Shown here in pieces: positions 1 through 13,300 of a DNA stretch of 64,000 bases (position 1 is the first letter of the stretch; every line of letters starts with the position of its first letter). Source of the DNA: Pavona decussata (lineage: Eukaryota). The translations under genes were made by a program, and so were the position numbers. The notes beneath the pieces are model-generated. The model ran no database searches, was not told where the DNA came from, and saw only the letters and a list, made by a program, of their open reading frames with translations. The stretch is taken from positions 186,001 through 250,000 of the forward strand of contig CDRNST010000392.1 in NCBI GenBank assembly GCA_977016875.1, read 5' to 3'.

Positions 1-26
1 CAGCGTGACTTACTTCCTTGTACCAA

Positions 27-472
27 GAGGGGGGTGAATAGGTCTACGGATCGGCGGATTTGGTAAATATTTTAGCCCGGATTCTGGATTCAGAGTGAAA
101 TTTTAATGGATCTGCGGATCCTATGATCACAGAGGATCATGGTTTTATCCAGTTTTGGGGCCCGGATTTTGGATTTTGGTTGTTAGGAAGTTCATGTTTG
201 CTCTTTTTTCTCGTATCTGCAAGATTTTGTTTCAATACAGTTGTTTGATACATAAATATTTCGTTGATAGTCATCCTCAACGCTAAAACACAATATCACG
301 CAAGGCAACTCCAACAACTGATTAGAAGTCACTTTGTATAATTTTCGCGTATCATCTAACGCGGCAAACAATTTGCGGATTCGGATTTAGTTGATTTTTT
401 TGAGCGGATCGACGGATTCAGCCATTAATTTTAGCGGATCAGCAGATTTACATACCCCTATTCACCCCCCTC
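27..472. mobile_element. Non-autonomous DNA transposon (MITE)
   Basis: TIRs gaggggggtgaatagg / cctattcacccccctc; 6-bp flanking duplication taccaa (21-26, 473-478); internal cggat repeats. Confidence 0.75.
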
Positions 473-512
473 TACCAAGCATTTACTTCAAGATGATCTT
501 GTTTCTTGATAG

Positions 513-3500
513 GAGTTTGTCATCCATACACCCAACTTTGAGGCTACAAAGTGCTGGGTCGGTAACCTGGGCAACAGTGCGACCCATGTAGTTTTGTACG
601 CACAGCTTTACACTCCTGATGGCAGATGTCATGGTCTTCACTCATTTGTGGTCCAGGTGCGCAGTGCTGTTGACCTTTCACCTATGCCTGGGGTGACTGT
701 GGGAGATCTTGGACTGAAACTTGGTCAGAATGGGCTGGATAATGGGTGAGCAGGGATATTACTTGTCTTTTATAGAAATCAATATTTGATAATAATTGAT
801 ACGTTTGTTGTCTTTGGAGTTGGAAGCACAAAGTTTCGATTGAACCATCAGTCATAAAAACAGAGGGTTGGTGTTGGGCTACATTGTTCACTGCTTTTTT
901 TTTGTTTTTTTTTTTTTGCTTTTTTTCTTTAGTAAGACTAAATTTACTCCATGTTGTGTCTCTCTTCCCTTGTGTACAGTTATACAGTCAACTCTCGTTA
1001 TAGCGGACACCCTCGGGACATCGTTTAGTGTCCGTAATAGTGAGAGTCCATAGTAGCAGGGTGTGGGGATCAACAGAGGTGGCGGCCTGGGGCTTGAGAT
1101 TCCAGTTATTTATGAGTTATGCAGCGACCCAAAATATCTTGTAAGACTGGACAAGCTTATCAACAGGCTAGTAGCGAATCATTGGGAATGGAGGTGAGGG
1201 CTTGGTCTCTCTCAAAGAGTCTGGAAGGAAAAGGCATAATCTGAAGTGCAAACATAGAGTCTGTTGTACAGCCACTAAAGAGATTGGGGCGGAAATAAAC
1301 ATTCCAGAAATCGTTTGAAGTGTGTTTTGATAAATGACGAATATCAGACTGCAATATTATTTATGTTACATGCGAAGTTCATGGTGTCCACTTTATCGAG
1401 AGTCAAAACAATAAAATTGTTATGTTTAGACCACGAAAGTGTCTTTAATTCCATAATAGTGAGAGTCCGTAATAACGGGATTCAGTAAACCCTTATGGGA
1501 TCTGGATTTTGTCCGTAATAGCGAGTGTCCATAATAGCGGAGTGTCGACAAGATGAGAGTTGACTGTATATAGAATTAGTTATTGATCAGCGCTAGGGAC
1601 TGCTATCAAAAGCAGGGGGGAGTAGTAAATACTGTAGTCATTTCATTCTGCAAAACTTGGTGAAGCTCTGACCATATGGATGAGGATCAATTAACAAATT
1701 ATACAAGGTCTAACATGCAACTATATTTCAAACTATCAATGAAAAATCCGATTGAAGGGTTGCCTGGAAAAAAGCCCTAAGTGACTTCTGATAAATTGCT
1801 AGATTCTCCTTCCAAATTGCCTTGCATTTGCTTGTGAAACAAAAGGAAAATTTAACCTTACATCAAAAAGTCACTTAGGGCCTTATTCCGTGCACCCCTT
1901 CAATTGCCTAACCATTTATGTTACATGTGTATTTAAATATTACAAATAAATGTTTCTCTTTACTGTATACACACAACATTTATTTGTTTTAGAGGATACT
2001 TGTTTTCTCATTCACCACTCTTCATCTTTGGAAATCACAAGAAAACTTATAGTATAAAGAAAGAAGGTATATTCAAGAGGGGTATTGAAATGCAGGAGGG
2101 GTTAATTGAAGTTGATAGAGAGTTGCTACATGATAAATTGTTTCCTTCCTTTTTTTTTACAGTTTTGTATCATTCAACCAAGTTCGGATTCCACGAGAGA
2201 ACCTGCTGAACAAGACGGCAGATGTAACCCCTGAAGGAAAGTATGTGACACCATATAAAGACCCAAACAAGAGATTTGGTGCTGCATTGGGTGCTCTGTC
2301 TGGCGGACGGGTAGGGATAACAAGTATGGGTGTCACCAACCTGCGATTGTGCATTCCCATTGCAATAAGGTATCAAGTGGTATTAATTTTATAACTTGAA
2401 TGCTTCCTTTTGCTGGTCTGTGAATTACCAACATTGTGCAGAGGTGTAAGGTATTACTTGTTAGTGTTAGCTTGTTGGCAGAATGTAAGATCTTACATTC
2501 TGCCCATAAGCTGAAACTAATGAGCAAACCTTGCACCTCTGCACCTTTTCCCCTACAAATCCTTATTTATTCAAAATTTTTATAACATTCAGATCATTAT
2601 AAAGCCTCCTTCTTAAAAAAACTGAAGCCAATTAAGGGCCTCAAACTAAGCAGTTTGCAAGACACTCTTTGCTTTTCTCAAATTCTGTAAAAAAAAATTT
2701 TCACACACCACAAAGTGGGTCACGTAAAGTCTTTAAGCTGCAAAGGGCCTAATGAATCCTTAGTCTCTCAAGTCAGCAATACTAGAAATTTCACATTAAT
2801 TTTAATGTTTTAATTTACAACTCCCTTTTGGAATTGAAACTAAGAAATTAATGCCACGGGAATGAACTTACAGATAATAAAAGCTTTCCCTTCATAGACT
2901 CCAAAGTCAGAAGCATCTTGTAGTTGTCTTCTGTCTTGTACTAACAGTGTTTTTTGTTAAATTAATCAAATAAATATTTCAAATAAAAATGTTGTTGTTA
3001 AGAGTGGCATTCCTGGAATCTAATTTCGTTTGGACCATGAACTATATTTTTAAACCTGTTTCGAATTCTGCACAAGGTATTCTGCTGTACGGAGGCAGTT
3101 TGGTCCGCCTGGGAAAGACGAGATTCCAGTTCTGGAATATCAGATGCAGGTTTGTAAAGCATGGAAAGAATCTCACATCTTGCATGCATATTATACCCCA
3201 CCACCACCACCACTTTTAAAAAATCCATAGTATCTCACAAGCTACATAGAGAAAAGAACACAGGCTGAGTTTGCGTAGCCCTTAAATTGTATTGTATCCA
3301 ACACTCTAACTTCACAAAATGTATTTGTGCAGTTCCATAAAAAATCCATACCCATCCCACGGAAGGTCATTGGAAATTCCTAGGGGGAGGGGGGGTCTTA
3401 AAAGTCAAAATTTTAGAAGCAAAGTATGAAGCTAAACTGGAATTTCCTAGAGGGAGCGGGGGTGCAAAACAAAAGACCTTCCATGGGGGGAGTATGGATA

Positions 3501-6500
3501 TTTTCTGGAACTGCACATTACACTTCTGCCACCATGTCGTTTTCACCACATTACCTGGCTGTTCTTAAAATTCATCCACTTCTGCTGTCATGTTATAGTT
3601 TATATTTTAATAAAATTGAAACAAAATTCAAAATGCTATTATTTTAATTTTATAATTTTAGGAATTTTACCATTAGACAGGTAGAGGCGTTGGGTGAATT
3701 TAAAACCAAACTTAAGTGCCATCTTAAGCAGTAATGCCTATGGTACATGCTGCGTTTATAACTTAATTATTTGTCTAGTCTTTTTTTTGTTATGTTTCAA
3801 TGTTTTGTCTTGTGCTGTGTCAGGGCTCCATTAAATTAGCTCTGCTAAATTGGATGCCCCTGGATAAATATTGAATTAAATAAATAAACTTTCTTTTTGC
3901 TACCCGTAAAAAGTCATTAGTTTTTAGCATCCCATTCAAAAAGAGAGCTTATTAGTTGCTTTTGATGCCATATTATTTCTTACCAAAAGGAGCACATTCA
4001 ATGTACTGCCGTCACATGGTTGTCGTCCTGTATGCAGTATCTGTCCTTAAAATAATAGCATCATGTACCCTGCCTAACAAAGAAATTAACTTGCTACCTC
4101 AGCTGCCCTATAATTTTTCCTCATCCTGCCTACGAAAAAAGCAAACCCACTTCTGCCACCATGCCATTTTCTTTCCGTGACCAATAGCTTAAAATAATTT
4201 CATAGTATTACAGATCCCACTTCAATTTCAAGCCTCTGCATCCTATGTCCCATCTACTAAAGCATGCACTTTTCATCGCTGTCATTTTTTTTAATTTCAG
4301 CAATGGCGACTTATTCCCAAGCTAGCGGCAACATATGCTTTAGCTTGTTTTGCGAGGACTTTCTTTATGAACTTTATAGAACTGCAAGTTGGCATGATGC
4401 TGGGAGAAACAGGTGAAGCTCAAGTAAGTTGTAAAATAAATAAAAACAGTTTGTTGAAGTGTTAATGGAACATACTGCATAGTGCTAATAATTATTAGAG
4501 ACACAATCCAATCAATTCGGCGTTTTTTATCTATTGAATGTAAAAAGTCCATCAATTGAAATTTGGAAGTGTTTAATGAGGAAAAGGCTGTACACATCCA
4601 AAGAAAAACTCTTGGAGCAAGTGTAAGAACCATCAACAAACTCAACTCACATGTGAAAAAATCAGTTTTGACATAGATTTCACATTATGGCAGCTTAGCC
4701 ATCAGAAGCAGTTAATAACAAATTATGAAATTTAAACATACATAGGATGGCCCCAGGATCATGGCACAAATTACTTATAATTGCTTAATATAACATGTTA
4801 TTTTAATTATTGTTTTCCGTTTCATTTTCTTAAACAGGATGGCTTAGACTTTGTCCCTCTCTAGTCAGTTCTATTAAATGCATGCCACTTGTAAACAGAC
4901 TAACCTTTTCATCATTACCACAATAACTAGAGGTTAAAACGTGTTTGTTTTTCTGCAGGCAGCATTGGGACGAGAGATCCATGCCTTGTCTTCAGCCAGC
5001 AAACCACTCGCAGGATGGATTGCGCAGACTGCTATACAGGAATGTCGAGAGGCTTGTGGTGGCCATGGTTACCTTGCAAGTAATGCTCTCTGCAACAACT
5101 CCTTCTGTATCAGAGAATTTTCTTTTGACTTTCTGATTAATTGTGATTTTTGTTTATTTTTCAGTCAACAGGTTTGGTGAGTTAAGGGATGACAATGATC
5201 CAAACTGTACTTATGAAGGAGACAATAACATGCTTCTGGGACAAACAAGTAACTATCTGTTGTCTCTTTTGGAAGCCAAGGAAAAAGGTTAGCTTTTGTA
5301 AACTGAGAAATGGGTACCTTTGGGGGTTTGTGCTTTCTGGAGCTGAAAAATGATGAGGTCCAGGTATTTCTAATCAGTCAGACAAGCAGCTGCAATTACT
5401 TTTCAACTGCTTACCTTTCATCTGGATTATATTTGTGTTGACTCGTTTAAATGGCATTTTGTAAGTTATAATTTATTTGCAAACTCATTTGGTGCAGATG
5501 AAGAAACTTGGCCACTGTTACACTATACCTATCTTTACCTCGCACTTGGTCATTGGTGTCTGGACCTCACTCTTGGTCAATAACAACTAGACTATACATA
5601 GCTTGGTCGTATATCACTTACACTTACTCCTTGTCTTGCAAAGTGGAAATAATTTATATAAGCCACAATATACAGTCAGTTGTTATCTTGGAAAATGTCC
5701 CCAACCTGGAGGCCCAAGGTGTTAATTTCTTAAGCCCTTAATTTCCACAGACCAACTCAGCTTGATTGAACTGGCAAGCTAACAAACACATTCATTCTTC
5801 TACAAATGGACTCTGGAGGCCATAAAGGCAATCAAGCTTGGTTGTATTGCCACAATTGTGGACAAGACATGTAAAGAAAAATGTGCTTTTTGCACATATA
5901 TTCCAGCAAGGAAAACACTAGCTGGAGAGAAGCAAACCTTCACTCCCCTCTCCCCCTCACTCAATGTTGCTTTGAAGCTGGGACAGCTGAATGATCCAGC
6001 CTTTCTTTTTAACTGCGGATCAACATTCAGTTGATGAAGGGGAGGGGGGACTGAGTTGTAGATCGACTACAAATTTCTCAACAGTTTTGTCCATGATTGC
6101 AGTTCCAGACCCATATGAAACAAAACCCCCAATCACTATCTCTGGATTTTTCATTACCGAGAGGGGAAGGGTGGGGGTTGGGGAGAGATGAGAGTTCTTG
6201 CATTCTTGTTGATTGATGCTTAATATCATTTTGTGCAGTTCCAGAAAATATCCATACTTCCCCCACAGAAGGTTTTTTGTTTTGCACCCTCCATCCCCCC
6301 ATGAAATTCCAGTTTAGCTTCATACTTTGCTTCTAAAATTTTGACTTTTAAGACCCCTCTCCCTCTAGGAATTGCCAATGACCTTCGATGGGGTGGGTAT
6401 GGATTTTATTCTGGAAGTGCACATTAGTAGTATCAGGGTGCAGGGCACAGCAAGCATCATCTTGAGAGGCCTCACTCTGCCTACTATGTACTGTATGATA

Positions 6501-9500
6501 TCTTTCTGGGAGTGAAGTCATTTTTTTTTTTTCAAACAGGTTCCCATATTTCCAGTCCAATACATTCAGTTGATTTTCTTAACAACATTGAGCAAATCAT
6601 GGCAGAAAGTTTCCATGCAAGGACAGAACAGGAATGCAGGGACCCTGACTGTAAGTATTTTTCTTATCAAGCACTTACTCTCCCAAAATGGTCTTGACAT
6701 TCGAGTCCCAAGCTCCACTACAGGGAGGCTCATACAAGAGCTAGTGAGGAATTATTCGCTGTGTGGGTAGACACAAGGAAATTGCACCAATGAGTGAGTC
6801 AAGTGCATTTTTTGGGCTGTCAGTTGTGTAGGAGATACTCTTTTAGGTGAAAACTATTTGACTAAGAGCTATGCTACCCTGGGAAAATGCTGAAAAATAC
6901 ACTTAATTGTCGGTATGATATATAAACCTAACCAGCAGTTTCTTTTGTTTCTTGTTCGAACAAAAGATCTCAAAGTCACGCCGCCAAGAAAAACTTGTTT
7001 TTTTGCATACGTTATTTCTCGAAAAAGAAGCACAAACCAACGAAATAAAATACAAAGCAATATTTTTCCATTAATTTGAAGGCCACATGCGAAAATTCAG
7101 GCACTTTTGACAAAAAAAAAATTCAAGCAAATTTTCCACTTAGCATAGTTTTCCACCAAGCCCTTCAATTGAATAATGCCTGTTCTGCAGGTTAGCCCAA
7201 ACTATCCCAGATCCCTTAATCATACCAGTGTTTACACAGTTTCTGGAGTGGGGAATTGTTTTGAGACAGCACAAAGGAGGAAAAACTATTTAGTAACCTT
7301 TATGTTCCTATTTAGTTCTAGTGGGAGCTTACCAGTGGCTTGTGTGTTATCTGTTGAAAGAAAGTGCTGCCAAACTTCGACAAGAGTTGTCAAACGGAAA
7401 GGTGGGTACATGCATTCGCTAGGTCAGCTGTGGACTTCCCAGTCAAATTGGTACCTAAAACATTGAGTTGAAATTCTTGAATGTGTGGTGCCTGCAGTCA
7501 TCACCAAATCTACAAGATTGTCAAATAACAGGAAGGAAACTGATGGGTCAGATGTCAGTTTGAAGAAGGAATAACTAAATAAATATACTCTGTGTAATTC
7601 TGGTGTTCCCTGTCAAAGTAAAGTGTTGTTGTTGTTGTTGTGTTGTACACTTGTTGTCCTGATGTTCAAACAACTTTATAACTCAAAGCTGGTGAGGCTG
7701 ATTTTTGTTTGCCATGTTGACTCGTTTCTTTAGCACGGTAACAAAGAGCCATAAGATATAATTTATCATTAGTTAGGAGAGTATAATATCAACTTTCAAC
7801 CCCAGCGTAGTTGAAAGAACACGTTATTTTATTTGGGCCAATGTTTCGACTAGTACTTTTAGTCTCCTTCAGGATTATGTTTACGTTCAAATTGAAATTT
7901 TTAGAGCCGTTGTTTTCAGCTGTCGTTGTACGTAAGTCTGGCCCTGAGGTAGTACTAGTTGAAATGTTGGTCCAAATACAATTTGTCCTTTGTGGAAGTG
8001 TCAGTCCTGCAATCAGTTTAGCTTTTTAACACTTTTTTAACCTTTTTTAAGGACCCTTTCACAGCCAGGAATGACAGCCAGGTGTTTTATTGCAGGTCAT
8101 TAGCACTCGCCTACATTGAGGTAACCTCTTTTGCCTTTAATTTGTCACCTATTCTCTACTTTTCAATAGATGCTTTGTATGTTACGTCTCGAGATAACAA
8201 AATCTGAACCGTTTCCTTTACAAAGTTCGTCATTTAGTTCAGTGAGAATTTCAAACATTCATAAACTTCATGAAAATTTTTGGAATCTCCTGATTATTTT
8301 CCGCTGGAGGCACACAGGCAACCCAAGGACTTGAGCTTGGGTTACCTGTGGGAGGAACGGCGTTGAGAATGGCTTACGATGGCCCATTCCAGTAAATACA
8401 AAACCCAACCTTTTTCAATCTGTTGTTAATCGAGTTTTACACATGGCAAACATTTCAATATGAAGTCCGTATAAAGAGGAATTATTAAAAAACGTTTACC
8501 ATCTTTTTGGACATTTCTGCAAAGTGTTCATTTTCGCAGCCCTATTGACGCACAGTTTTAACATGATAATAAATGCATTCCACATCATAATGAAGCCGAG
8601 CCTCAATGCTTGTTACAGTCCTATTACATAAAACCCCTAATCTGAAAAACACTCTCTTAAAAGATAAGATTTTAATCTTAATTTAAATCAGTCCACAGTG
8701 GCCTGGAACACTGTTAAATGATACTTGGTAAATCGTTCCAAAGGCTTGGTGCGATGACCGAGAAAGATCTGTCGCCGTAAGAAGCCATTTTAGTCTCTGG
8801 GATAGACAACAGATTTGAACTACTTGACCGAAGTAGACGATGAGGCGTGCAATGAAATGAGAGCTTGTTTAAATAGACTGGAGCGAAGCTGTGGAGTGAC
8901 CAAGAGAATTTTAAAAACTATTCTTTCTTTAATAGGAAGCCAATGGAGATTCTGTAATGTTGGAATGATGTGGGCTGACTTTTTAACTCTAACAGTTAGC
9001 CTTGCAGCTGTGTTTTGCAGCCGTTGTAGTTTCTCTAACTCTGAGGAGGGTAGGGCATAAAGAATACTGTTGCAGCAATCAAGTTTTGAAGAAATAAAAG
9101 CATGTATAAGCTGCTTATGTTACTAAATGTAACTGTATTTTGTTTCGTGTATTAACGTAACCCTTTAGCCCCTAATATCAGAACAAATTATCCTATCTTG
9201 TCCCCATACTTTTCCTATAAAAGTGCTGGGAAAAAAGTTAAAAATAAGAAAATTCAACTTGGGTGATGATGTGTTTAATTCTCGTGACCTTAAGCGTTGA
9301 CTAAGCATTGAAATTACAAGGAGAGATTTAATGCTGATCACTGTTAGGGCTTAAAGGGTTAAAAATCTTGACAAGAGTCAAGGTTCATTGAAGTAACCCT
9401 TTTTCTGTTTTTAGTGCACAGTATTGAAGACATTCAAAGAAGTTATTTTCAGTGAAGAAACTCCCCACGCTCTCAGACCAGTTCTTGTCAAACTGTGTTC

Positions 9501-12500
9501 CTTGTATGGTTTGTCTTCTCTTGAGACGCATCTCACCACTTTATATCAAGGTGAGAGCATCAATGGGCCAGACTGCTGACTTATTATGTTCGGCTTGTGC
9601 TGTTAGTAACGAGTAACACTTCATCACTTTTCTATGCATCTCTAACGAAATAGCGCTGGCGCTCGGCAGTAAGGACAATGCCTGAGCTCTGAGGCGAAGG
9701 GTAGCAGTAAATTTTAGTATAAATCTACTAGCGTGCGGTTCTATCACGAATGCTGTTATCCTATTGGCTATGCTACTCGCTATCTATTTAACAATTAGAT
9801 TATGAGCTCGAGATTTCTATCGCGTGATAGCTGATGAGGGCGAAGCCCGAATCATTTATCACGCATAGAAATCGAGAGCGAATAATCTAATTGTTTTAGT
9901 ATAAATCTACTAGTCGTTCTAAACTAAACAAGTAAATTATCCAAATTCTCCTCATAGACGCTTCGAAAACGCGAAGAAGCGGGCTGAATCTTGTTGACAA
10001 CCGCTACTCACTATCTATCACAGAATAGATAACGGGTAGCGTAGCCAATCACAGAACGGCATTCGTAATAGAACGCTAGTAGATTTATACTAATCTGTGA
10101 TAGATAGTGAGTAGCGATTTTCAACAAAATGGCGGCCGCTTCGCCGCGTTTTCGAAGTGTCTGCGATGAGGATATAGATAACTTACTTGTTTAGTTTTGA
10201 ACGACTAGTAGATTTATACTAAAACAATAAGATTATTTGCTCTCGATTTCTATGCGTGATAGCTGATGAGGGCGCACGCGATAGAAATCTCGAGCTCATA
10301 ATCTAATTAAGTAGATAGTGAGTAGCGTGTGGCGTGACCTACTTATATCGTTATTCAATAAAAACGAGAACCTGTCTTGTTGTTAAACGGTAGAAATTTC
10401 GAGCTAATAATGTAACTGTCAATTAAATAGCAAGACTATCAAAAAGACGACAGTTCCCCCCGAAGAAGGTTTGCTTTCCAAACCGGGCAATTTGTACACG
10501 TATATTTTTTCTGTTTATATGTCCAACGTTTCCGTTTTCGTCTTTTTTACTACCGTAAGGACCAGTCTTGATCTTGCCGTCTGTAATTTATTATCTTAAG
10601 TATTTTACTGATCCAGGTTTGGATAAAAAGATCCAGCTTCTCTGAAGGATTTGCCTCTGTGGTCATGCCAACGTTAGAGTTTTGAATATACATAACAGCC
10701 ATTTTAACACATGCTTAGCCTTTTATTTTTGCCTTTAGAAGTTGCTAAAAAATTACCTCTTTAACATAAGCGAATCGAAATCCAAAGTAAACAAATGCAA
10801 TCAGAGTGCCCAGGTATTCCTTTCTCCTTTGATTAATGCAAACTTCCTCAATCAACAGGTGGTTTCTGTAGGTCAGTGAATGACGCGAGGATTGTCAGAG
10901 GAGCTATTCTCAGTCTTTGTTGCGAGGTGCGTATTCGTGTTCAAAGAACGCAATACTAAGTGCGTGTTGGTTGCTTTGTGCCTTTCATTCAAAAAAAGTT
11001 GAGAATTTTTGGTGTTGGGACTGCGGATTAGCAGTTCCTTTCTAAGTGAATGATGGATCGAAGAATTAATTCTGCAGTGTACGTTAAACTGCTAAAGTGA
11101 ACCCATGAAATTCCTGCTAAGCATTAGCCCTAGTAAGGAAATGGGAGACCGCAATAAACACCATAATCACTCACGACTTGCTCCCGCCTGGCCTCGTAGT
11201 CCAGTCGGTAGAGCAACGGACACTCAGTAAGAATTTCAAGGGTTCATTTAGACTACAGAGTTAATTATCTGATCCATCATTTGGGTTCCGAGCGCTAGTG
11301 GTGCAGCATTCATTTGTATCCTTTCTAAGTAGTCGATGCATTCACCATGCTTTTTCTCGATTTTGGAAGTCCTCTGACGGTGCATTGCCGTTTTATTTCT
11401 TCATCAGTTGAAAGGCGAAGCTGTGGCTCTTGTTGACGCCTTAGCTCCTCCAGATTTTATCCTCAACTCGCCGATTGGTCACAGCAATGGAAAGGTATGG
11501 CAATAGGTTACAAAAAATCCACCAACCCGTCACTTTTATTCATATTTTGTCTGTAGCCCTCCCCCCACGATTAGTATGGATTACTCGATTTCTTAGAACT
11601 GTTTTCGATTGAGTGTCGAAAGTAATTACGCGTTTGCTCTTGGTTTTGCTTAACTACGCTCTGTGATTGGTTGGAAAAACTCGCGCCACTTTGTCAACCA
11701 ATGAGAAGCCAAACCAAAACCAATCGTGACTTGCACGCTCGCCTTTTCCCGCGCTTGGCGCCGGATACGTGCATTTGCTTCGAGTTCTGATTGGTCCATT
11801 GCGCTGTTTATGTATGTTGTGATTGGTCAGAGTTATTACTTTGGTTTTGGTTTTAAAACACTCAATTGAAAAACGCTCTACCAGGGGTATTCGGTAACCG
11901 TATAAAAAATAGAATTCTCAAACTCTTACTTACAATATACTCAGTTCTTAGGCTTCGGAAGAACTCAGTTCTGGAAGAAAACAAGTGATTGTAAGACAAA
12001 GATTAAATATTCATCTATTCGCGAGCATGCCGCAAAGAAATTTTTTTAGTCCCCGACTCATATCTCACTCTCCCGGTAAGATGAATCAGTACAATATTTA
12101 ATCTTTCTTGTTCATTTATCGAGCTTAAGGTCGCCGTCCTCGCGTGTCCGTGTTCATTTGAAGGGAAAACGCGGATTGGTTTTCCTCGAAAACGCAACTT
12201 TTCAAAAACGCTTTCCAGAGGAAATTTTTGAGAAGATCATCATTTTCGTGTTCTTGTGTGGACACCTGAAAACGATTTTTGAAAACGATGACGTCGCGAG
12301 GTAGAATTCAACGACCACCGCATCGTGGTCAAAAAGTTTTGTTTTCGGTGACCGATTTCATCGGATATGTGTGGACGACAGTTAAAAAACAAAAACAAGA
12401 AAACATTTGCGATTTAAACGGGCAAATGTGATCCAACAACGCTAAAAAAATTGCGTGTTCAAGCGAAAGAGATTCGTGTGGATGGTGCCTAAATTTCGCC

Positions 12501-12758
12501 ATCTTTCTTTCTCAAACAACTGACAGCTTATCGTATCAAATAGAACGGGAAAAATTATATTTAGCGCTATGATTTTGTCTCTAGAAGAGAGTCTGAATTA
12601 ATTGTTAACATTCGTCAAAAGTTGTAAATTATTTCTTTCGCCAGGCTCACGAAAACTTGCACGCGGCAATTATGCAGAACCCAAAGAACCGGGAGCGAAT
12701 TTCTTGGTGGAAGGAATGTCGTCGAACTCCAGTTATCCAAAAGCAAAGCAAGTTGTAA
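513..12758 (+). CDS. ACOX3: Peroxisomal acyl-CoA oxidase 3 (pristanoyl-CoA oxidase), 5'-partial, 13 exons in window
   Basis: GT-AG exons with consistent phase: 513-745, 2163-2369, 3077-3149, 4301-4423, 4959-5079, 5165-5287, 6540-6650, 7316-7401, 8052-8120, 9415-9550, 10859-10926, 11408-11494, 12645-12758. Translation gives [100 protein letters not shown] and ends IQKQSKL* (PTS1). These motifs match vertebrate ACOX3 as I recall it. Confidence 0.95.
985..1566. mobile_element. Tc1/mariner-pogo type MITE in ACOX3 intron
   Basis: ta|cagtcaactctc ... gagagttgactg|ta; TA TSD; subterminal gtccgtaatag repeats. Confidence 0.75.
3326..3517. mobile_element. ~190-bp MITE (inverted second copy at 6232-6423)
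   Basis: TIR tgtgcagttcca ... tggaactgcaca. A related copy in the opposite orientation lies at 6232-6423; both give an MKLNWNF pseudo-ORF. Confidence 0.75.
6232..6423. mobile_element. ~190-bp MITE, inverted copy of 3326-3517
   Basis: tgtgcagttccagaaaatatccatac ... ggattttattctggaagtgcaca. Confidence 0.75.
8715..9116 (-). mobile_element. Decayed L2/CR1-type LINE ORF2 C-terminal fragment in ACOX3 intron
   Basis: Minus-strand translation [40 protein letters not shown]...[25 protein letters not shown] and [19 protein letters not shown], both hallmark L2 motifs. Confidence 0.85.
9714..10330. repeat. Composite palindromic interspersed repeat; related copy at ~54866-55172, fragment ~32880-32990
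   Basis: Shared blocks ttagtataaatctactag, gattggctacgctactcgctatctat and the hairpin aattagattatgagctcgagatttctatc...gagagcgaataatctaatt, in mixed orientation. Confidence 0.7.
11594..11880. mobile_element. ~290-bp MITE with CCAAT-rich interior
   Basis: Imperfect TIRs tagaactgttttcgattgagtgt / acactcaattgaaaaacgctcta; related fragments at ~18560-18770, ~20960-21170 and ~38770-39015. Confidence 0.65.
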
Positions 12759-12857
12759 AGAAAAGAATGCTTCTGATATGAACGTTGTCACTCCTATTCC
12801 TTTGGGAAAGGGACGGTCACCGTAACTGTTGAGTCTTTGGACAAACGCCTTAGATCT

Positions 12858-13300
12858 GACCATTCAAATGAAAGCTGCTGAACAGTACTTTCCTGTGGTG
12901 TCGTTTAGTTTACTCTACCAAGTGGTTCTGTAGATAGAATCCTGAAGTGTGACCATTCAAATGAAAGCTTCCGAGCAGTTCTTTCCTGTAGTGCTGTTTT
13001 ATTTGCTGTGCAAGGTGGCTCTACCTTTTGAGTCTGTGGATAGAGAATCCTAAAGTGTGACCATTCAAATGAAAGCTACTGAGCAGTACTTTCCTGTGGT
13101 GCTGTTTATTACGCTTTACAAGGTGGTTCTAACTTTCGAGTCTGTGGATAAAATCTTCAAGTGTGATCATTCAAATGAAAGCTACTGAGCAGTACTTTCC
13201 TGTGGTGCTGTTTATTACGCTTTAAAGGTGGTTATAAGTTTCGAGTCTCTGAATAAAATCTTCAAGTGTGATCATTCAAATGAAAGCTATTACTTTCCTG
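12858..13300. repeat. ~105-bp tandem satellite (4+ units) just 3' of the ACOX3 stop codon
   Basis: The motif gac/tcattcaaatgaaagct...gagcagtactttcctgtggtgctgttt...aaggtggttctaac recurs at 12858, 12951, 13059, 13165 and 13270. Confidence 0.9.

Noticed and set aside
9825-9862. CUGAUGA-GGGC-GAA-GCCC-GAAU hammerhead look-alike (also ~10262)
   Set aside because: It has GAAU instead of GAAA and no NUH geometry. It is the loop of a palindromic DNA repeat whose other copy (~55110-55140) reads gatagttgatgag, i.e. part of the inverted arm.
12858-13300. Regularly spaced repeats resembling a CRISPR array
   Set aside because: Whole units repeat with no unique spacers, there are no cas genes, and the context is eukaryotic.
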